From contig CM075993.1 in the NCBI GenBank assembly GCA_038087875.1, positions 4,900,001 through 4,964,000 of the forward strand: a DNA stretch of 64,000 nucleotides, in the 5' to 3' direction. How positions within the stretch are numbered: position 1 is the stretch's first letter; the number at the start of each line of letters is the position of its first letter. Below the pieces are notes generated by a model. The model was given only the letters and a program-made list of their open reading frames with translations. It made no database searches and was not told the origin of the DNA. This document shows, one piece after another, positions 63,329 to 64,000 of the stretch. Source of the stretch: Malacoraja senta (lineage: Eukaryota). A program made the position numbers and the translations under genes.

Positions 63329-63631
63329 TAACCACTAAATTAATTAATGGATCTGTCTGTTTTCACGCTGCCTCAGTAGTTCATTTTCTCATTTTTAATA
63401 CAGAAATTTTTAACAGCAATGTTTGGATGCTCAGCCATAAAAATCATCTTTGTCAAGTTAATCATATCTTCATCTAATGCCAGCACATACTGTAAGCTTT
63501 AAGCAAGAGCAGAGGATAATGAACAGAAGCAGCTGTTACAGCAATTACTTCAGCATCAGATAAGAGCATTTAACCCATTACAATAAAGTGACTGATTGAG
63601 GAACTAATGTTGAAGTACAGATGTATACTCA

Positions 63632-63945
63632 TGAGATCATAAGACATAGGAACAGAATTAGGCCATTTGGCCCATCGAGTCTGCTCTACCATTCCATCGT
63701 GGCTGATCTATTTTTCCCTCAACCCCATTCTCCTGCCTTCTCCCTGTAACCTTTGACGTCCTGACTAATCGGGAACCTATCAATCTCTGCTCTAAAAATA
63801 TCCATTGACTTGGCCTCCACAGCCATCAGTAACAATGAATACCACAGATTCACCATCCTCTGGCTAAAGAAATTTTCCTCATCTCCATTCTAAAGGTACG
63901 TTCTTTTATTCTGAAGCTGTGCCCTCTGGTCCTAGACTCTCCCAC
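63632..63945 (-). mobile_element. CR1 LINE 3' fragment
   Basis: CR1 ORF2 end/3' UTR similar to 58010-58350 in the opposite orientation. Confidence 0.75.
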
Positions 63946-64000
63946 CACTGGCAATATCTATCATATTGGCATATGTGTGATCGCTCACCTGTAAGAGACT

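Overview
Vertebrate genomic DNA, most likely a skate or ray (inferred from abundant HE1-type V-SINEs plus CR1 and Penelope-like repeats). There are two convergent genes. On + are the last three coding exons of PSTPIP1 (3065-6986, ending in the SH3 domain). On - is the complete 7-exon TSPAN3 (54546 down to ~20.4 kb); the two genes are also neighbours in mammals. The rest is mostly transposon-derived: CR1, L2, Tx1, Rex1 and RTE LINE pieces, HE1 SINEs, one CORE-type SINE, PIF/Harbinger MITEs and Penelope-like elements. Main observations: (1) Penelope-derived repeats carry a minimal type-I hammerhead ribozyme motif (CTGAAGA-A-stem II-GAAA-CG-TC/TT), and many occur as ~150-250 bp TSD-flanked foldback insertions, mostly with the symmetry axis at the ribozyme. 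(2) A +1 frameshift in the last TSPAN3 exon would replace GGTYA* with a 66-aa hydrophobic tail; it may be an assembly error. (3) A candidate antisense promoter and first exon (RFX/NF-Y/ETS motifs, Kozak ATG, GTAAGT donor) lies inside TSPAN3 intron 1. (4) A CLEAR-like E-box cluster sits upstream of TSPAN3. (5) A near-intact L2 fragment is nested in a CR1 RT domain. All calls come from reading the sequence by eye; no database searches were run.
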